A stretch of 35,306 bases of DNA from positions 1 through 35,306 of IMG/VR virus record IMGVR_UViG_3300037440_000216. One strand, 5' to 3'. Below the pieces are notes generated by a model. That model did not search any database, had not been told where the DNA came from, and saw only the letters and a program-made list of their open reading frames with translations. This DNA comes from a virus. Lineage: Duplodnaviria > Caudoviricetes. The translations under genes were made by a program, and so were the position numbers. Shown in pieces: positions 32,870 through 35,306 of the stretch; positions within the stretch are counted from its first letter, which is position 1; every line of letters starts with the position of its first letter.

Positions 32870-34086
32870 TTCGGCACCCAACCGGACCCGACCAGGCCCG
32901 CCATCATCGGCGCAACATGGTTGTGGGCGTGTGCGATAGCGTCCACCTGGTCATCAAATGTTGAATGCGGCCACTCGTCCAACTCCTCCAACAACTCTGA
33001 CGACGACACACCAGGGCCGAGACGGTAACGGCCGCGCTTGACCGCGGTTGCGAACGGCCAGGCCCTCACGACCTTGTTCTGCTCGACCGGCGCCGCGTAG
33101 ACCGGGCCGGCCAGGGGGATTGCGTCCAACTCGCGGCGCAGGGTTTCGACAAACAGGATTCCACTGGCGCCCTTCTCCTCCTCTGCCACCTGCTCTACGT
33201 CGGAACCATCGACGGTTGCGGTCTGGCGTATGAAGTCGACCACGTCCTCCGGGGCCAGCCGCTCCCGTTTGATGTCCGCGATCCAGAACCCATCAGAGTT
33301 GGCGTGAATCAACGCGCCCACCGTCCAGTCGCCGGACTCCGACGCTGAGAAGTCCCAAGCGCGGACCTTCATCGCCACATCGGGCAGCGGCTCCTCTTTG
33401 AGTTGGAAAGTGTCGATGCGGATCGTCCCGTCGTCGGAGTCGAGACCCCGATAGAGAATGTTGTAGTCGTCGTCGGGGATCAGGAGTTGTGTCATGGCGT
33501 CTTGTTCGGCGGACACTACGCCAGCGTCGATCGCGTCTTCCCGGTGTAGTTGGGTATACGTCCAGCCGGGCAACTCCCCTTTCTCGGCGCGCTTAGCCAG
33601 TTTCTTGGCCCAATTGGCGCGGCGGGTGTTGTTGCCGATCAGACGGAACCTGGCGGCGGTGTGCTGAGTCGTCGACGTGATCGCAATCCACGCTTCCAGG
33701 CTGGCCCTGGTCGCCTCGTCCACAACGACCGAGTGATAATCCTCGCCGTAGATGTTGTCCGGCTTGTCCGCCGACCCGAAAAAGATCACCGTCTCGTTGG
33801 GCATGGTGATCGTGTGGTCCGTTTTGTGAATGCTGATCTGTTCGAGGTCGAGCACTTCCTGGTACGCCCGGCGGAACGCAATCGTGGACTGTCCGAATGT
33901 CGGGGCCACCCAGAGGAACCGGCGGTGAGGTCTGCCTATCCGTTCGGTCTCCTCGATCAACCATTGCAGGCAGGCGATGGTCTTCCCGGCCTTCGGGCTT
34001 GCCAGGACGATGGCGTGCTCCTCGGGGTCGCTTATCGCCTCGCGCTGCTTGGGGTAGAGGTCGAGCCGGTTACGCCACGGAATCAT
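32866..34086 (-). CDS. terL: Terminase large subunit
   Basis: LYPKQ, Walker A ASPKAGKT, WVAPT..Q, Walker B VVVDEA; nuclease motifs RAWDFSA...GDWTVG, EEEKGASG, K..RA, DDQVDA. Confidence 0.9.
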   Translation of the reverse strand: MIPWRNRLDLYPKQREAISDPEEHAIVLASPKAGKTIACLQWLIEETERIGRPHRRFLWVAPTFGQSTIAFRRAYQEVLDLEQISIHKTDHTITMPNETVIFFGSADKPDNIYGEDYHSVVVDEATRASLEAWIAITSTTQHTAARFRLIGNNTRRANWAKKLAKRAEKGELPGWTYTQLHREDAIDAGVVSAEQDAMTQLLIPDDDYNILYRGLDSDDGTIRIDTFQLKEEPLPDVAMKVRAWDFSASESGDWTVGALIHANSDGFWIADIKRERLAPEDVVDFIRQTATVDGSDVEQVAEEEKGASGILFVETLRRELDAIPLAGPVYAAPVEQNKVVRAWPFATAVKRGRYRLGPGVSSSELLEELDEWPHSTFDDQVDAIAHAHNHVAPMMAGLVGSGWVPK

Positions 34087-34631
34087 CTGCCGTACACCCA
34101 CGGCCCGGCGCCGTCCTCCGGCTCAGACATCAACTCCCAGGCGCCGGGCACGTCCTTAGTCCACTCGTGGTAGCGCATATGCGCGGCCTGTTTGGGGTGA
34201 GGCCGTTTAGACGGTGAGAACACCACAACAAACCGAGACGCTTCAAACAGCCGCATCATGTACCGTTCGTAGACATCGTCGTCGGTCAGGTGAAATATCA
34301 CATCGACAGACAGGCCCATTTCCCCGAAGGCGTAGACGCCGGCCCGACTGGTCGGCTCCCATCTGACGTACTGGTGAGCGGGGAAGCGGAGTAGGCCGAC
34401 CCCGACAGCCGTCCTCGAAACGTCTACCCCGCAATAGTGGATGTTGTTCAGGTTGAGTAGTTCTGTCAGGTAGCCGTCGCCGCAACCCCAGTCCACGATC
34501 GAAAGGATTCTGTTTCGAGCGGTGAATGCGTTTATCGCAGCGGCCTTCGCTTGAGCGTTGGTTCCTCTCGACCCTGCCCCAGAGCTGCCGCCTGTGGCGT
34601 ACCGGGCCTCCCAGTAGTCAGTCGCCGTCAT
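34083..34631 (-). CDS. Class I SAM-dependent methyltransferase (non-DNA type)
   Basis: YWEARY..GG.SGAGSRG, IVDWGCGDG, YCGVDVS, SVDVIFHL. Confidence 0.85.
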   Translation of the reverse strand: MTATDYWEARYATGGSSGAGSRGTNAQAKAAAINAFTARNRILSIVDWGCGDGYLTELLNLNNIHYCGVDVSRTAVGVGLLRFPAHQYVRWEPTSRAGVYAFGEMGLSVDVIFHLTDDDVYERYMMRLFEASRFVVVFSPSKRPHPKQAAHMRYHEWTKDVPGAWELMSEPEDGAGPWVYGR

Positions 34632-34788
34632 CGGTGGCCGCCTGTTTCAAGTATCGGACCTCGCGCAGTCTCTGCCAGAACGTCGACGGACGGTAAGCCC
34701 GGTAGACCACCAGTGACGCGGTGAGGACTGCCACGGTCAGGGAGTCGGCCCATATGGCGTAGACGATACCCGCTAGGATTAGGATCAC
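34618..34788 (-). CDS. Small membrane protein
   Basis: Two hydrophobic segments; GTGA overlap. Confidence 0.55.
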   Translation of the reverse strand: MILILAGIVYAIWADSLTVAVLTASLVVYRAYRPSTFWQRLREVRYLKQAATDDGD

Positions 34789-35060
34789 CACGGGTTGGCT
34801 TCCAGCACCATGATCGGCACCAGGTCGGCCCGCAACTTCCTGACCTCGGCTGTCCACTGCGGCGGCGGGCACCCGCATTCGATCAGCGCTTCTCGCGCAC
34901 CGGACAACTGCCGGAGTGAGGCCAACTGCCACATGTTGATCCAGTGTTCGGCGTCTGAGTCGTCAGCGTTCTGAGCGAACTCGGCGGCACGTTTCAGGTA
35001 GTGCGCGGCTAGGGCCTGCTTGGCGTAGTGGTCAGGGCTCAGCCGGTGTAGGACGCTCAT
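34785..35060 (-). CDS. Hypothetical protein
   Basis: ATGA overlap at 35057-35060. Confidence 0.6.
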   Translation of the reverse strand: MSVLHRLSPDHYAKQALAAHYLKRAAEFAQNADDSDAEHWINMWQLASLRQLSGAREALIECGCPPPQWTAEVRKLRADLVPIMVLEANPW

Positions 35061-35233
35061 AGGTTGACCACCGTCCCGACAATAAAGAAGGCAAGGAGGA
35101 CGACCAGCCCGCCGACGAATCCTGCCGAGACCAGCGTCCACCATGGGATACCCCACTCGGTCTCTAACTCCTCGGTCTCTAGAATGAACTCCGCCTCGAC
35201 CTCGACCTCGTACTCTGTGACTCTCTTAGCCAT
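35057..35233 (-). CDS. Small acidic protein with C-terminal TM helix
   Basis: MAKRVTEYEVEVEAEF...WWTLVSAGFVGGLVVLLAFFIV; start uncertain (35233 or 35248). Confidence 0.55.
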   Translation of the reverse strand: MAKRVTEYEVEVEAEFILETEELETEWGIPWWTLVSAGFVGGLVVLLAFFIVGTVVNL

Positions 35234-35306
35234 CACCACCACCCTCATCGCCCCAACCCCCGCGCACTCCGCCACGCATCCACCACCGACCAATCCCACA
35301 ACGACA

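Noticed and set aside
1-35306. Complete genome, prophage boundaries or lifestyle assignment
   Set aside because: No terminal repeat between the window ends, and no integrase, att site, host genes or recognisable small terminase; completeness and lifestyle cannot be determined.

Overview
The whole window is a high-GC tailed dsDNA phage or prophage segment (siphovirus-type) with an actinobacterial character. It has two converging arms. The + arm (1-5844) carries small early genes, a RecA/AAA_25-type replicative helicase with a C-terminal HTH, two AlpA/BldC-like HTH genes, and a repeat-rich origin- or packaging-like locus at about 2967-3158. The - arm (35306 down to 5883) runs: SAM methyltransferase, terminase large subunit, DNA amino-methyltransferase, YqaJ/RecT recombination pair, two secreted or surface proteins (one LPFTG-anchored), portal, a double-protease fusion, mycobacteriophage cluster-B-like hexamer and pentamer capsid proteins, tail tube, a fibre cassette, head-tail genes, frameshifting tail chaperones, tape measure, minor tail proteins, lysis genes and two glycosyltransferase-like genes. 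I see no integrase, DNA polymerase, tRNA or CRISPR array. The most notable signal is a shared Ser-Pro tag on virion proteins: five end in -SP and SPSSP occurs four times with different codons. Together with the two transferases this suggests a virion-modification system. Other highlights are three 25-bp MerR/FtsR-like operators at the left end, the S49 plus cluster-B-type protease fusion and a phage-borne sortase substrate. All product calls come from motif recognition by eye; no database search was run.
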